Assembly: GCF_006345805.1 (NCBI RefSeq)
Contig: NC_043015.1
Coordinates: 5,580,001-5,644,000, forward strand
Direction: 5' to 3'
Source: Octopus sinensis
Taxonomy: Eukaryota
Length of the DNA stretch: 64,000 nucleotides
Shown one piece after another: positions 25,120 to 40,850 of this stretch. The notes under the pieces are model-generated. The model searched no databases, was not told the DNA's origin, and worked only from the letters and a program-made list of their open reading frames with translations. Each line of letters starts with the position of its first letter. The stretch's first letter is position 1. The position numbers were made by a program, and so were the translations under genes.

Positions 25120-25543
25120 ACTCTGGGCACAAGGCCCGAAATATTATGGGAGGGGGCCAGTCGATTAGATCGACCACAGTACGCAACTGGTACTTAATCT
25201 ATCGACCCCGAGAGGATGAAAAGCAAAGTCGACCTCAGCGGCATTTGAACGCAGAACATAAAGAGAGACTAAATACCCGCTAAGCATTTCACCCGGCGTG
25301 CCAACGTTTCCTATGTCTTTACTGCCCACCAGGGGCTACACACAGAGGGGACAAACAAGGACAGATAAACGCAATAAGTCGATTATATCGACCACAGTGC
25401 GTAACTGGTACTTATTTAATCGATCCCAAAAGGATGAAAGGCAAAGTCGACCACGGCGGAATTTGAGCTAAGAACGTACCGGCAGACGAAATACCGCTAA
25501 GAATTTCGCCCAACGTGCTAACGTTTCTTCCAGCTCGCCGCCT
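25120..25543 (-). mobile_element. Two adjacent SINE-B copies with different tails
   Basis: Junction near 25311; both have the core and box B. Confidence 0.85.
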
Positions 25544-25744
25544 TATTTACACAAGCTCTTTCATTTCTGAAGATGGCAGGGTTGATTCAGCAGGAAATTT
25601 ACTTGTTTTTTTCTGGCAAGGGATTCAAGTACATAAAGGATCGCTCGCTATCTCAACTCCGTTTTATGAAAAGATAGATGAAAGAATAGAATGCAAGCTC
25701 CTAGTAATGTCACAGTGTAAATGGAGATGTTTAATATATAACAT

Positions 25745-26190
25745 AGATGCAGGTGTAGCTGTGTGATACGAGGTTTGCTGCCCAACCATATGGTTCCAGT
25801 TCCAGCCTCACTGCATGGTATCTTGGGCAAGTGTCTTTTATTATATCCTCAGCCCGACTAAGGATGAAAGGCAAAGTGGATTTGCTAGACGGAAGGCCAT
25901 CCTCTATATGTGTGTGTGCGTACCTGCGAGTGTGTGTGTGTATGTGTCTGTGCGTGTGTGCATGTGGGTGTGTGCGTGCGCCTTTGTGTATGTGTTGACC
26001 CCACTATCGCTTGGCAACATGTGTTGGTTTGTTTACGTCCCCGTAAATTAGCGGTTCGACGGAAGAAACCAAAGGGATATGTACCGGGCTTAAAAAGATA
26101 ATAGGTACTGGGGTCCATAAATTCGACTAAACGATCTTCAAGGTGGTGCTCCAGTGTGGCTGCAGTCTAATGATTGAAACAAGTAAACGA
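25745..26190 (+). mobile_element. SINE-A, older degenerate full copy
   Basis: Both modules are recognisable around an internal TG tract. Confidence 0.8.
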
Positions 26191-26214
26191 TAAATGATAT
26201 ACAGTAATACTTCA

Positions 26215-26493
26215 CTGTAAGAAAACCCGCTTTACGAACGGAGCCCCGGGTTTGCGAGTTTATTTTATAATTAATATAAAAATGTTAAAACATAAAGCGC
26301 GATGGGCTACGATCGGGGACATCAGGCACAGGTCGACAGGCCACGTTCGTGGCCCAGATAGATGTATTTAATGTATGGACGTTTGTTGGGGTCTAAATTC
26401 ACTCAAACCCTCCGATACCCCCCAGAATGCAAGTGGACTAATAGTTAAACTAATGACTTTTCAGATGTCGTAAAACTTTATATACTAAGAAGA
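26215..26493 (-). mobile_element. Possible non-autonomous Helitron
   Basis: Minus-strand start A|TCTTCTTAGTATATAAAG is Helitron 5'-like. The 3' end is degenerate (ACAG|T instead of CTAG|T). Internal hairpin GGCCACG-TT-CGTGGCC at 26339-26354. Confidence 0.45.
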
Positions 26494-27242
26494 TATTTTG
26501 ACTATTTTTTTTCTTTTTTATGTGTTCACGGTAGTCTCATCTTCATAAAATGTGCTCAGCAGTCCATGCTATGTAAGTGAAAATCCCAGCGCTTTATGGG
26601 TTAAACAGCCGTTTTGTGTTTGTGGCAATATAGCAACATATGGCAACACTGGTTCTGACGCGTCTACACAGCGTTGGGGTAAAACGACGGCATCAAATTT
26701 CTTGGCTACTATGGGAAATTATTATTCTGTTTTACGAGTTTTCGTTTTACGAGTGATCTCCAGGAACAAATTAACTCTTATATCGAGGCATTGCCGTACC
26801 TATAGACAAACACTCTTGTAAAAGTTGTGGCCGATGTCCATGATCTAATAGTTCGACTGGAAGTTTGCTTTATTCTTGAAGAACTATCCAATCATTGGAA
26901 TACCGTTGACTATAAAAGATTATATTTTCAGGTAATTAAATGTAACACGTGTTTATAAAATTTCATAGCTGTAACAAGCATTCTAAATATTATGTTAATA
27001 TATATTCATTGTAGTATCACTAGAGACCTTATGTCAATAAAACCTGAATAAAGGCTACTACTATAATAGATACGACAGTTACTAAATTTTATAGTCCACC
27101 ACTTTATTTAGTATTTCCAATTAATTTGAATAGAAGTTTTAAATAATAATTAATTTTATTGGTTAAAATATGTTAATTTTGCTTGTCTGGTAATGCATGT
27201 GTACTTTTATTTCTGGGAAGAACTTTACAATATGTTAAATAT

Positions 27243-27440
27243 TAGCTTGCTTCCCAACCGCATGGTTCTGGGTTCATTTCCACAACGTGGCACCTTGGGC
27301 AAGTGTCTTCTACTATAGCCTCGGGTCGACCAAAGCCTTGTGAGTGGATTTGGTACACGGAAACTGAAAGAAGCCCGTCGTATATATGTATATATGTGTG
27401 TGTGTGTGTCTGTCTGTCTGTGTATGTGTATGTTTGTGTT
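27243..27440 (+). mobile_element. SINE-A 5' half
   Basis: Ends in the internal TG tract. Confidence 0.85.
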
Positions 27441-27504
27441 TCCAGAAAGAAAGATTGTGTATGCTCTCTTTCATCTTGGTTTTCTTTTATTTTTTTTGTT
27501 TGTT

Positions 27505-27869
27505 TACTCTCTTTTACTCTTTTACTTGTTTCAGTCATTTGACTGCGGCCTTGCTGCAGCACCACCTTTAGTCTAGCAAATCGCCTCCAGTAATTACACT
27601 TTGGAAGCCTAGTACTTATTCTATCCGACACTTTTTGCCGAACCGTTATGTTACGGGGACATAAACACACCAGCATCGGTTGTCAAGCGATGTTGGGGGG
27701 GACAAACACAGACATACAGAGATACATACACACACACATATATACGATGGCCCTCTTTCATTTTCCATCTACTACATCCACTCTCAAGGCTTTGGCCGAC
27801 CCGCGGCTATAGTAGAAAGTGCCACGCAGCGGGACGGAATCCAAAACCCTGTGGTCGGTAAGCAAGCTA
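27505..27869 (-). mobile_element. SINE-A, near full length
   Basis: Tail at 27505, head truncated near 27869. Confidence 0.85.
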
Positions 27870-28047
27870 ATATCTAACATATTGTAAATTTCTTCCCAGA
27901 TTTTCAATCACCTAATATAATTATGCGTTTTTATATGTGTGTGTGTGTGTGTGTGTGTTTGTGTGCGTGTGTGGATGGATGGATGGATAGATGGAAATTG
28001 GGAGAAAGAGAATAATTATGGAAGATGACTATATTTCACCATATATG

Positions 28048-28277
28048 TTTCTTTATTACCCACAAGAGTCTAAACGCAGAGGGGACAAACAAGGACAGAC
28101 AAACGGATTAAGTCGATTACATTGACCCCAGTGCGTAACTGGTACTTAATTTATCGACTCCGAAAGGATGAAAGGCAAAGTCGACCTCGGTGGAATTTGA
28201 ACTCGGAACGTAACGGCAGACGAAATACGGCAACGCATTTCGCCCGGCGTGCTAACGTTTCTGCCAGCTCGCCGCCT
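28048..28277 (-). mobile_element. SINE-B, full-length monomer
   Basis: Head, box B, core and AAAGAAA tail are present. Confidence 0.92.
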
Positions 28278-29671
28278 TTTCATATATTGATCTGTAATAT
28301 ACTAGGCGTGTGATAGAACATTCGATAGTCGATGGATCTGTCTATAGAGTTCTATATGATACAAATAACTATAGTTGGACTCTATAGCCACAGTTACGAA
28401 ACGTGATCTGTTCCATAACGGTATGCCAAAATTTATATTGTATAAAGTATTCACATCCCACTATATTAAATATACAATTAAATACGTTGTATAATAATAT
28501 CTAATAAGTGTTTATTACAGTTCAGTTTAAAATTTAATATGTAACACACAACCTCCACAGAAACACGACCTCGTGACGCTGCATAAAATATGCCTTCATA
28601 ATGCATACTCGGTATCTGTGCTCATTTGGGCGAAAATATCGGATTATACGAATCAATTTTCAAGTAGTTTCTAATGATGCCTATCAAACGTATCTTCCTT
28701 ATATCTGATTCAGTTGCAGACCTGATATTTTGCTAACATAAAATTGATATAATCTTAATGAAATTTACCTAACTTGCATTCTATTAAAATATTTAGACAT
28801 TTTATGGAACTTTGGCCAATGTTAACATGGAATAAGAGATTTGATACAAAACCTGCCATGGCTAGATGCCAACGCTAGTCAGTATACCATTACAGAAATT
28901 TCTGACACCGATAATTACTTTCTGAAAAGTGTTTATCAATAATTGCGATTTAATTATTTCTTCCTAATGCATTAACATTAACAGGCCGTTATTTTATTCG
29001 GTAAGCTTATCCAAGAATGACTCGATTATAGGGCGGGAGGAGTAATATCACTAAAAATCACTGTACACTACTAAGAGACGTCATCAACACAAATTTAATT
29101 ACGGCTGTCTGTTACTCTGCCAAATGCTGACAATGGTTTCGCTGTGCAAATTTCACTCAAATACAGATTTTCAGCTCATTTCTATATTGCTGTGTGATTC
29201 ATGGGCGAGGGAACAATAGCTTACAAATTTGATGGTTATAATTATCGAGTTATTGGAGCATGATAAGAAACGCTATTTTGAACACAATTTATATGGAATT
29301 GTATTCTCATATATATATATAAACGATATTTAATGTATGTATGTTGTATAATGTATTAGCTTTTGCGCTCACCAATAGCAAACTAGTCATTCTGTGTGAA
29401 TATTCGAGGTAAAGATGCTTCGAAATGGAAGAATAGCCAGAACGCTGGATAGATTTCGTTACAGTACTCAGTACGTCTCTCGGTATTCTAATTTCAAATA
29501 GCACCAAAGCCAGTTCTGGTTCCTTCTTTTTCTGATTTTGTAAAGATAGATAAGATCGATAGATAAGCTACTAGTGAAACACATATACCGATCCATCACT
29601 CATTATTTCTTTTTTATTTTATTATTTATTTTTGTTTCTATGGATTGCTATATTCTTTTATGTTTTTATTC

Positions 29672-30282
<611 letters not shown>

Positions 30283-31187
30283 TATTTTTACATTTTTCAT
30301 TCATATTCTCAACCTTTTCAAATTGGGCTTGAGATGATTTTTATGAGTAAATATATCTTTGGAAAAGTTAGCAGCTTGTAGATGAAGTTTATCCCCCGGA
30401 AATCAATCAGTCGAAGAATGAAACTGAAGAGTGAATCATGATGTAAGGCAATTTTACTCGGTATAGCTCATTATACAATAAAAACTAAACCCTTCTGTTT
30501 TATTCTAATAAAATATCGACGAGCTTACCATGACTAAGAGTGATAGTTTGCACTCTAACACTTCTAGTAACGTTCCAAGGACCAAAGTTACACAATACGC
30601 AGAATACCAACTTGTAGTGCTTTCGTGTCTATCGATTAAACTCTTCATTTTCACAACCTGTATGCAGCCATGGTTACCTTGTTAAGTAATCTAGTTCTCA
30701 GTCACATAACCACATATGGCACAATGCACCGTAGTTACTGGTTGGCAACTAACTTGTGAGTGGAATTTTATTGAGGGAAAAATGCGCATCGACCTATTAT
30801 ACGCATGCATGCAAACGTACACGTACACACACACGTGTATACGCTCTTGGATATAAAGGGATATGACAGAATAAACAGACAGAGAATTATTAAAAATTGT
30901 AGATTACGGCGGTCCAAGCTGCACTCTCACGTGAATCTAACGTCTGTGAGTGTTTGCGTGAGTAATGTGTTTGTGTGTTCTGTGTAGCAGTTGAGGTGTG
31001 TCTTTTCACATGGTGTGTGTGTGTATGCATGTGAATGTGTCTGTGACCAAACAATGTTCATGTGTACGGCATATATATGTGGCCAAAAGTTATCTTTGTC
31101 TATGTATGTTGCGTGTTGCATGTGTATGTATATGTAGTCTGTGTTCAAGTATTATGTGCTTGTGTGGGTGAGGAAGTATATACATAA

Positions 31188-31239
<52 letters not shown>

Positions 31240-31261
31240 AAGATACGTAAATATATATATA

Positions 31262-31643
31262 CTAGCAGTATCGCCCGGCGTTGCTCAGGTTTGTAAGGGA
31301 AATAACTATAAAGCATCTTTAGAGAGTTATAGCCAAAAAATAGCAAAAAAATGGAAAAAAAATGATGGTAAATTTTTTTGAGATTTAAAAAAGGTGGAGT
31401 TGCGTCCCCTAGACAGTTTGTGGTTCGTGTTTCTGATTCTCGACCCCATATTGAATTTATCGATTTTTTTCAGAACTGGGGGAACTTTTCAAAATTTTCG
31501 CTGCGTTAGTTTTGAATTATGACATTGGGCTATGTGTGTGTCAAGTTTCATCAGAATCGGTTGAAAGCCGTGTTCAGGGTGAGGGTACAAGCAAACAGAC
31601 ACACAGAAACACGCACAGACAAACTGCCGTTTATACATAGAGA
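31262..31643 (-). mobile_element. Non-autonomous Helitron
   Basis: On the minus strand it reads A|TC...CTAG|T, with subterminal hairpin GAGCAACGCCGGGCGATACTGCTAG and an AAGTTTCATCAGAATCGGTT block with ACAGACAC repeats typical of such elements. Confidence 0.8.
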
Positions 31644-31708
31644 TATATATATATATAAATATACGTAAATATATATATATATATATAATATATATATATA
31701 AAGATACG

Positions 31709-31747
<39 letters not shown>

Positions 31748-31752
31748 ATACG

Positions 31753-31824
<72 letters not shown>

Positions 31825-32875
31825 GATATACATGTGTGTGTACGAGCGCGGACAAACACACACATTTATATATACAGTGAAAGACATAGAGAGAGGGTGG
31901 GAATGGGAGAGTAGGGCAGATATTACTGTTTCTGTCCATCAAATTAACTGAGAAGATAATGGTGAATGGAGGGCTAGTTAAGTAGACATTTATCCAAGAT
32001 TCCACTCAGTGGGACTGAACCCGAAATCATGAAGGGACATTCTTGAGTTGACTATACAAACATGACTGCGTCTTAGGATGCATATTTTAAAATTTCATGA
32101 ATATATATACCTTATATATGCAAGTTGTATATACAATATTTGTAACTTGTATATATATATTTCTTAATATTAATAATGAAGCGCACTCGTAACCTTTCTG
32201 CCCCCCTCCCTTTCTCAGCCTTCGTTCTTTCTGGTTTTCTCTACAACCATTCCCTTTTTTTCTCTCCCTTTCTATTACTCCTCCTCCTCTGTCCCGTCGC
32301 TGACCCGCGACGAGACAACAACTGTCTTTCTGACCTCGCTTCCTTCAAGTGTAGACTGCTTTCCTGGGTCTCTCTCTCGCCGTTCTCAAAAAGCGTTCGT
32401 AATATTTTCTCTCGTTTGGCCTAACAGCTCTCAATGTCAGTGTTACTGTTATTCTCCTTGTCCTGTCTTTTACTGTTTATATTTTGTACTGTCTTTACTG
32501 TCCTGTTCTTGTTACCATTTTTCCCCCTCCGCAAAAAAATCTCAAAATTTATTTAATTTGCCTTTTGCGGGAAGGAATGTTTCAATAAATCGTGTCTTGC
32601 CTTTACCTTCGAAACGCGCAGCAGATGAAACAGAGGCGACTGAAGAAGGGGAATTTTCCTTGTGTAGTATGTCTTGTTTAAGAAAAATATCCATTTCCTT
32701 GGTTTTGTGTTTATGTTTTCGTTTCTCATTGTGTTCGAGGTTTTTTTTTTTTTTGGTGTCCTGTATCCATATATGCATGTATATATACATATGAATGTAG
32801 GTACGTACATATATGTATGTATATATGCATATGTTTTTATTTATTAATTTGTTATATATATATATACCTTCTATA

Positions 32876-33287
32876 TAGGCGTAGGAGTGGATGTATGGTA
32901 AGTAGCTTGCTTACGAACCACATGGTCCCGGATTCAGTTCCACTGCGTGGAAACTTTGGCAAGTGTCTTCTAGTATAGCCTCGGGCCGACCAAAATGTAT
33001 GGACTTTGTAGACGGAAACTGAAAGAACCCCGTCGTATATATGTGTATATATGTATGTATGTATGTGTGTGTATATGTTTGTGTATCTGTATTTGTCCCC
33101 CCAACATCGCTTGACAACCTATGCTGTGTGTTTACCTCCCTGTAACTTAGCAGTTCGGCAAAAGAGACTGATAGAATAAGTACTAGGCTTACAAAGAATA
33201 AGTCCTGGGGTCGATTTGCTCGACTGAAGGTGGTGCTCCAGCATAGCCACACTCAGATGACTGAAACAAGTAAAGGAGTAGAAGAGT
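32876..33287 (+). mobile_element. SINE-A, full length
   Basis: Head to tail intact. Confidence 0.92.
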
Positions 33288-34275
33288 CAGTGCACACACG
33301 GTGTAGTATGGAAGAATTTACTGCAGTAACACTATGATAGAGAGAAATTGCTTTTGACACCAATAACATGAAGCAACAATGAATACGTGTGAAGACCTCA
33401 CGTAAAGCTATGGCCTCCTAAAAATTGTCCCACTCCATTCTTTCATTATGTAGTCATTGTTTTATTTCATTTCATTTATCCTACCCTAGTTTATTTCACT
33501 CCAACGTATTTTAAAGACTTGAATATGATGACGTGAAAGAATTAATAATGCTACTTTAACAGCTGCCTTTAACCGTCTTAATATTTTTCCTTAGACTGTA
33601 GTTCTCCTTAGAAAATTTTTTTATTTCATTACTTCAATATTTTAAACCATATGACAATAACCACCCTTAATTTGCATCAACATGGCGCCAACATGAGACA
33701 ATAGAGAATATTCATATGTGTTTGTCTGTAACTGTGTACATGTCCGTGTATGTCTCTGCATCAGTAGCAGATGAACGAGTGTGTTGGTAACAGCTCAGTC
33801 AACACACATCCGTCACACATACATACATACATACATACATACATACATACATACATACATACCTACATGCATACATAGAGTCATATGTACATTCCTATGT
33901 ACGTCCTTACGTATATACACATATTATACATGCTTGCTCCCTTCTGACACCACACGAAACATGTTTCACAATGAAATTCTGTTTTGTGCCGAATGCTGAA
34001 TCGAGTCTCAGTTTTTTCTCTCATTGATTTTCAATATCCACTTCAGTCTCGCATTCATTTTGCATATATAAGTGCGTGTCAGTCTTTCTTTCTCTCTTTC
34101 TATCTCTCTTTCTTTCCCCCTGTCTTTGTGTGTCTGTCTCTATATCTCTCTCTTTCTCTCTCCCTCCGCTCTCTCTCTCTCTCTTCATCTACATATTTAT
34201 CTATTCTCTTTTTCTCTCCCTATCTCTATCTGTACAGAAAAACATAAATATATATATATATATTATATATATAAT

Positions 34276-34322
<47 letters not shown>

Positions 34323-35098
34323 TAAAAGATACAAGTATATACATACATGTATATGTGTATGTCTGTGTGTGTATGTGTGTATGTGTACATAGCTACCTAC
34401 CTACATACATGCATACATACGCACATACATATATGCTAAGGTACGTAAGAATATATTCATACATACATATATAAAAAAATGTAAATATATATGCAGAAAA
34501 ACAGTTACATAGATGGATACATACATACATACAGACAGACATACGTACAAACATACATATATACATACATACTTACATACTTACATGCATACAGAAAGAG
34601 AGAGAAAGGCGTATATATGTATAGATACAAATACACACATACACACATATATTTTCGTGTGTGGACGTGCGCTTGTGCGAGTTCGTGTTTCAACAACCAT
34701 ATTAAAAGGGAGGAATTCATTCCCACTTTACTTTCTACTTTAGCTGAGAGAAGGATTCTATGCTTACGGTTACCGATGAGGACGACCTTAGGCTAAACGT
34801 CAGCACAATGCTGGATCAAATTATCAAATCTCGCTTAAATCTCACTCATTGACATTATAGTATGAAAGAAACACTGGCCAATATCTAATCCGGCAGTCAT
34901 TTTCTTACGTTAATAGACATACGAAAATGAACACGGACACTATTGTCTATATATGAGTGTGAAACATGAATATACTATGTATATATATATATATTTATAT
35001 ATATAATAAGTTTACGAAAATAAACAAAAGACAAAGGCAGGTGGAGTACAAACAAACAAATGTATTAGTATAGCGCTCAGGAATAGAAATAGAAAAAG

Positions 35099-35136
35099 TC
35101 TTTTACGTTTCGAGTCTACGCTCTTCGACAGAAAGA
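35099..35136 (-). ncRNA. Hammerhead-like fold with variant core (CUGUCGA)
   Basis: UCUUU CUGUCGA A GAG-CGUAGA-CUC GAAA CGUA AAAGA: stems I and II close and stem III is palindromic, but A6 is U. Confidence 0.45.
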
Positions 35137-35281
35137 TACACAGAAAAAAACAAGGAGAGAAACACGGAGAGAACAAATGCGTGAAGGAGCTAACGATTTA
35201 TCATGGCGTCCTATATATATATGTTTGTGTGTGTGTATATGTGTACAGAACTATGTGTACATGTACGTGTCTGTATATATT

Positions 35282-35324
<43 letters not shown>

Positions 35325-35592
35325 TTATAAATATATACATATATACAAATATATTATAACTATAAACATAATTATAATTCGGGTCATCTAATTGCTCCGC
35401 CACACACGGAGTTTAGAAATAGGAGTTAAAATTCCTTTTCTAATGCCGTATATGTTCTCCCAGACAGTAACACACGAACAGAACGTGAAACTCTGAGTTA
35501 CGGTTTTTGTGATATTTTTACAGCTTTTTAACTAAGCATATTACTCTTATCTCGGTACTCAAGTACTATTCTTTCCACCTTGTTTTTGTATG

Positions 35593-35653
<61 letters not shown>

Positions 35654-35689
35654 CATACATACCTACATATATACATGTATATTTATATA

Positions 35690-35832
<143 letters not shown>

Positions 35833-36952
35833 TAGATGTAGATATATACATACATAAGAACGTCCTCTTGACGAAATGGAACGTATGACCTCCTGATATA
35901 GGCGTTGTACCGCAGACTGTAGGCCACTTATATTTTTGGGTCATATTTTACGATTAAAAAGGAAATAACTCGTATTCTACGCCTATACCCGTCTTTCGAT
36001 TCTTTCAGTTGTCTTCGTTTTATGTCCACCAAATCGATCTTAAGGCTTACATTTTTAATTCTGATGTATTTAAGTTACGGACACTTAAGAGCACGAACAC
36101 CTGCCAACCGATGATAGTGAACAAACACAGACACAAGCGCACAAAGATATCTACATACCCACACTAAGCGTGATAATACAAATTACCATTTATAAAAGAT
36201 TTATGTTGAGCATGTTGTGTCAGCGTTCTATATCAAATTTCAACACAACATTGGGAGAGTATTTGACCTGAAAACAATGCAAATATGTTTGTGAATCACA
36301 ATTACTAGTATTTTTACAGTCACAATTACTAGTATTTTTTTACGGCTGTCCCCCTTCTTGTATCGGATGACACCCAGTACCCAACCTCTATTTTTACTAT
36401 TCCTTCCGCTTTTCCTTTTTTTTTCCTACTCTTTACTTCTAAACTATTATCTTTCTCTTTCCCCTCTATCTATCTTCCTTATATTGATTCTTCTTGCCTC
36501 CATTCAGACCGCCCCACAATCGTACCTATACCGTCCTTCTTTGTAATGCTTTGTTATAATTAGAAATTACTCTGACAAAATTAGTATTATCGTTTTCAGG
36601 TCGTTCAACCTCTCACTGGACCGATTGAGTAAATCTATCAGAAATGAACTTATATTGATCAATGGAAATAGGTGTGAGTGAAATTTACTGAATTACTGCA
36701 ATAAAAAAAATAATAGATAATGAACATTGTTTATATCCCGTCTGATATATATAAAGAAAGAAGAGGGAGGAAGGGAATTTGATAGCCTCTACGTGGTGAG
36801 TTGCATCTCGTGCAGCACGAAGTTTTGTCAGTGAACAGGGCGCGGTCTCAAAGCGACGAAATATTTTGACAAATTAAATTTAAATGTTCAAGTGAATCTA
36901 ACGGTTTTGTATGTTTCTTAAATGGCTTATAAACACCTTCCACGCAGCAATT

Positions 36953-37079
<127 letters not shown>

Positions 37080-37125
37080 ATATATATATATATATTAATA
37101 TAATACATTGTATATACTGCGTTCT

Positions 37126-37255
37126 CGACCAGTCTATGTCCAACGAAAGCATTTGGTCGACCCCAGGCTATATTAGAAGCATTGCTCATAGGGCCACGCG
37201 ATGGAGCCCAACTCGAAACCATGTAGTTGGGAAGCAAACTTCTTACTACCAAGCT
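37126..37255 (-). mobile_element. SINE-A 5' half, degenerate
   Basis: TTTGGTCGACCCCAGGCTATA..AACCATGTAGTTGGGAAGCAA. Confidence 0.65.
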
Positions 37256-38066
37256 TAATTTAAACATTTGTCAAACACGTGTGTGTGTAAGCGTGTGCGT
37301 GTAAGTGTGTGCGGGCGAGCGTTTTTGTGTGTATGTGTGTGTACACGAGAGAGAGAGTGTGTGGTAATGGCTTTCAACATATATCTGTGAAGTATGGAAA
37401 CATAGTTGAAACGTCACTACAAATACAACAAATAGTCTAACTTAAAACTAGCAACGAACATGGCTACTTGATGAAAATTGTGAAATTTTCCAAATGAGTT
37501 AAATACTCTATGATAAATATAGCTGGTATTAATCAGGGATTCCAGGAAACGCAATTTCTTTAAATTAGCGTCATTCATTGACTGGTAATGTTCATTTACG
37601 CAAAATATGTGATTTGCATATCTAAGCACGTAAGATATGTGTTCATTATGAAGTAAATATTTCGTATTACGTTTGAGTTCAGCAACTGCCAACGAAGCAA
37701 AACTTTGCCATACTAATTAGCAATTATTGTTAACTGTATAAATTGTTATAAACAACTATTCCATTCACAGCGCTCTAAAGTCCAGGAAACAATGAAAATG
37801 CTTACTATTTATACATATTGATACTCCGATGAGACATCATATTACAACAGTCTCTGAATTTACCACTGTAGACACGCATCCAGACATTCGTATATGAGCG
37901 CACGCACACACACACACGCACAAACAAAAGAAGCAAACAAATACGCGCGTACACACGCGTGTATATGCAGATATACATGTATCTATAGGTATCTATGTAT
38001 GTATGTATGTATGTATAAAATTCAGAAATAAACACCTTTTATCAATTCACAATATATTATATTGCG

Positions 38067-38678
<612 letters not shown>

Positions 38679-40850
38679 TGTGTATGTATATTTATGTATG
38701 TATGAAGGTATGTATGCATATATGAATGTATGTATGCATGTATGCATGTATGTATAAATACATGTGTGTATTATTACTTGTTGCTTTGTATGCTGTGCAT
38801 TATGCGTATTTGTTTCCTACTACACACCGGATGTCGCTTTATCTGACATGTGATTAAGTCTTCCATAGATACGAAATCTACCATACTATGTAATGATATC
38901 ATTGTTGACGGTACTGTACTTCGGGATATAATTAATGTTGCCATCGGAGCAATTTTACGTATTACATACACATAATTTTATTCTCTGTATAATTGACGAG
39001 TCAATTCATATTTTCTGTTTTCTGTTTGTGTGTCAGTGTGTGTGTGTGTGTGTGTTGTGTGTGTGTGCATGTGTATGTGTGTCTGTGTGTAGGTATACGC
39101 ACACAATACAAAAATGCACACACACAAATATATATACATAAATATATATGTCTGCGCATGTGTGTATATACATGCTGATGCCTATATATGTGAGTGTGTG
39201 TATACATATATGAATATGTCCAACTGCAGTTTTTAAATTTTTATGGGTTTTTATGATTTTTTTGTTCACATATCACGTATATTATATAAATGCAATTGTT
39301 TATTTGTATATGAGAGCGCTTACATTCCCTTTTTCTTTTCTTTTTGTCGTATTCATTTATCTCTAGAAAGCATTCTTTTTCTATTTAAAGGAATAAATTA
39401 GTTGTTATACTGTCCAATGATTGCTTTATGACCCATTGATCTCTGTCATTATAGCTGGTTAAATCTAGGAAACCTGCGATGTGTTCATTCTTTTTCTGGA
39501 TGTCTAACTGAGAGAATCGATCCACAATTTGTGGCATTTTCCTCTCCGAACTCAATTTTTTATCTGCAGGAATAAATGTTTTATTTTGTTTTATCTCTTT
39601 TTCATGATGTAATCAAAGGGTCCATCCATAACAAATGTGTCTGAAATAGCTGTAGAAAAACTTTAACTCTTTTGTGTTCTTATTTGATGCCTATGCCATA
39701 CCTGGAACCTACACTATGATGAATCTGGAACTTGCACTGGATCTTGAACCGACATGCGTGTTTGTATAGGTATCTATTTACATGTATAAATTTATATGTA
39801 TTCGTGTATATATGTCTTCATGTACAAATGTATATGGAAGTGTATGTATATGTTCGTATATATACATATATGTACGAATGCATTTGTATGTGGTGTATAC
39901 ACGTATATCCTCAACTCGAGTTGTCCACCAACACTGCTCTATATCTTAGTAGTTAGGTAAAAGAGTCCGACAGAAAAAGTGCTAGGCTAAAATAATTACT
40001 GGGATCGATTCGTTCGACTGCAATTTTTGAAGGCAGTGTCCCTGCATGTCAGCAATCTAATGGCCGAAACAAGTGAAAGATATATATAGCTATAATAATA
40101 ACATAAGACCAAATAATATTTTGAAACCATTTAAAACGTACGTTTTGTATGTACAATGTGTAGCAACTATTTTGTGTTTTTTTATTATTTTCTCGGTAAA
40201 AATAATTTCCTACTTGCTTCTATCTAGAAATCAAAAGAAACGACTACTATTTTCGGGCTATTTTCCATTACACTTCAGACATATTTAGCGCTAGGTTACT
40301 GACGCAGAAATATCGTTGTATCAAATAGTCTACTCCATACCACAGATTTACTTGTCAGATTTTTTCACCTTTATTACATGAGCATCACCCCCAATAACTG
40401 ACAAGATGTGCATATTTGATCATGAACAGTAGTCAGGGATCATATTATGTCCATGTATTGAGATGGATTCTTTGGGGGTATGAATAAATGTAACAGAATC
40501 AAAGTTTAAAGGAAATATTGGCCATTCTTCATTGTCTTTAGGGGTCATTGAATAGGAAGTGACAGTTGCTCCCCAACGACGAAAATTATGTTACACAGTG
40601 TAATAGGAAATGCATCTAAATGTGTGTGTGTGTGTTTGTGTGTGTGTTTGTGTGTATGTATGTATGTATGTATGTATGTATTATGTATGCAAGTATGTTT
40701 ATGGAGGTACTTTCCGACTTAATATGTAAACCCCTACTGAAAAGAGCTGTCAGACACTATTTCTTCATAAACAGATTTAAATATGATCCCTTATCGAAAA
40801 TGCTACATACAGAACAATGTTAACAAATTACGCTTTTATGAGATTGGTAT

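Noticed and set aside
32560-32660. GAAGG..CCTTCGAAACGCG and CTGAAGAAGG motifs
   Set aside because: Core halves cannot be assembled into one valid fold and there is no NUH site. Probably a decayed pLTR-like repeat.
34773-34802. CCGATGAG...AAACGTC hammerhead-like string
   Set aside because: Core is mutated and stems I and II do not close.
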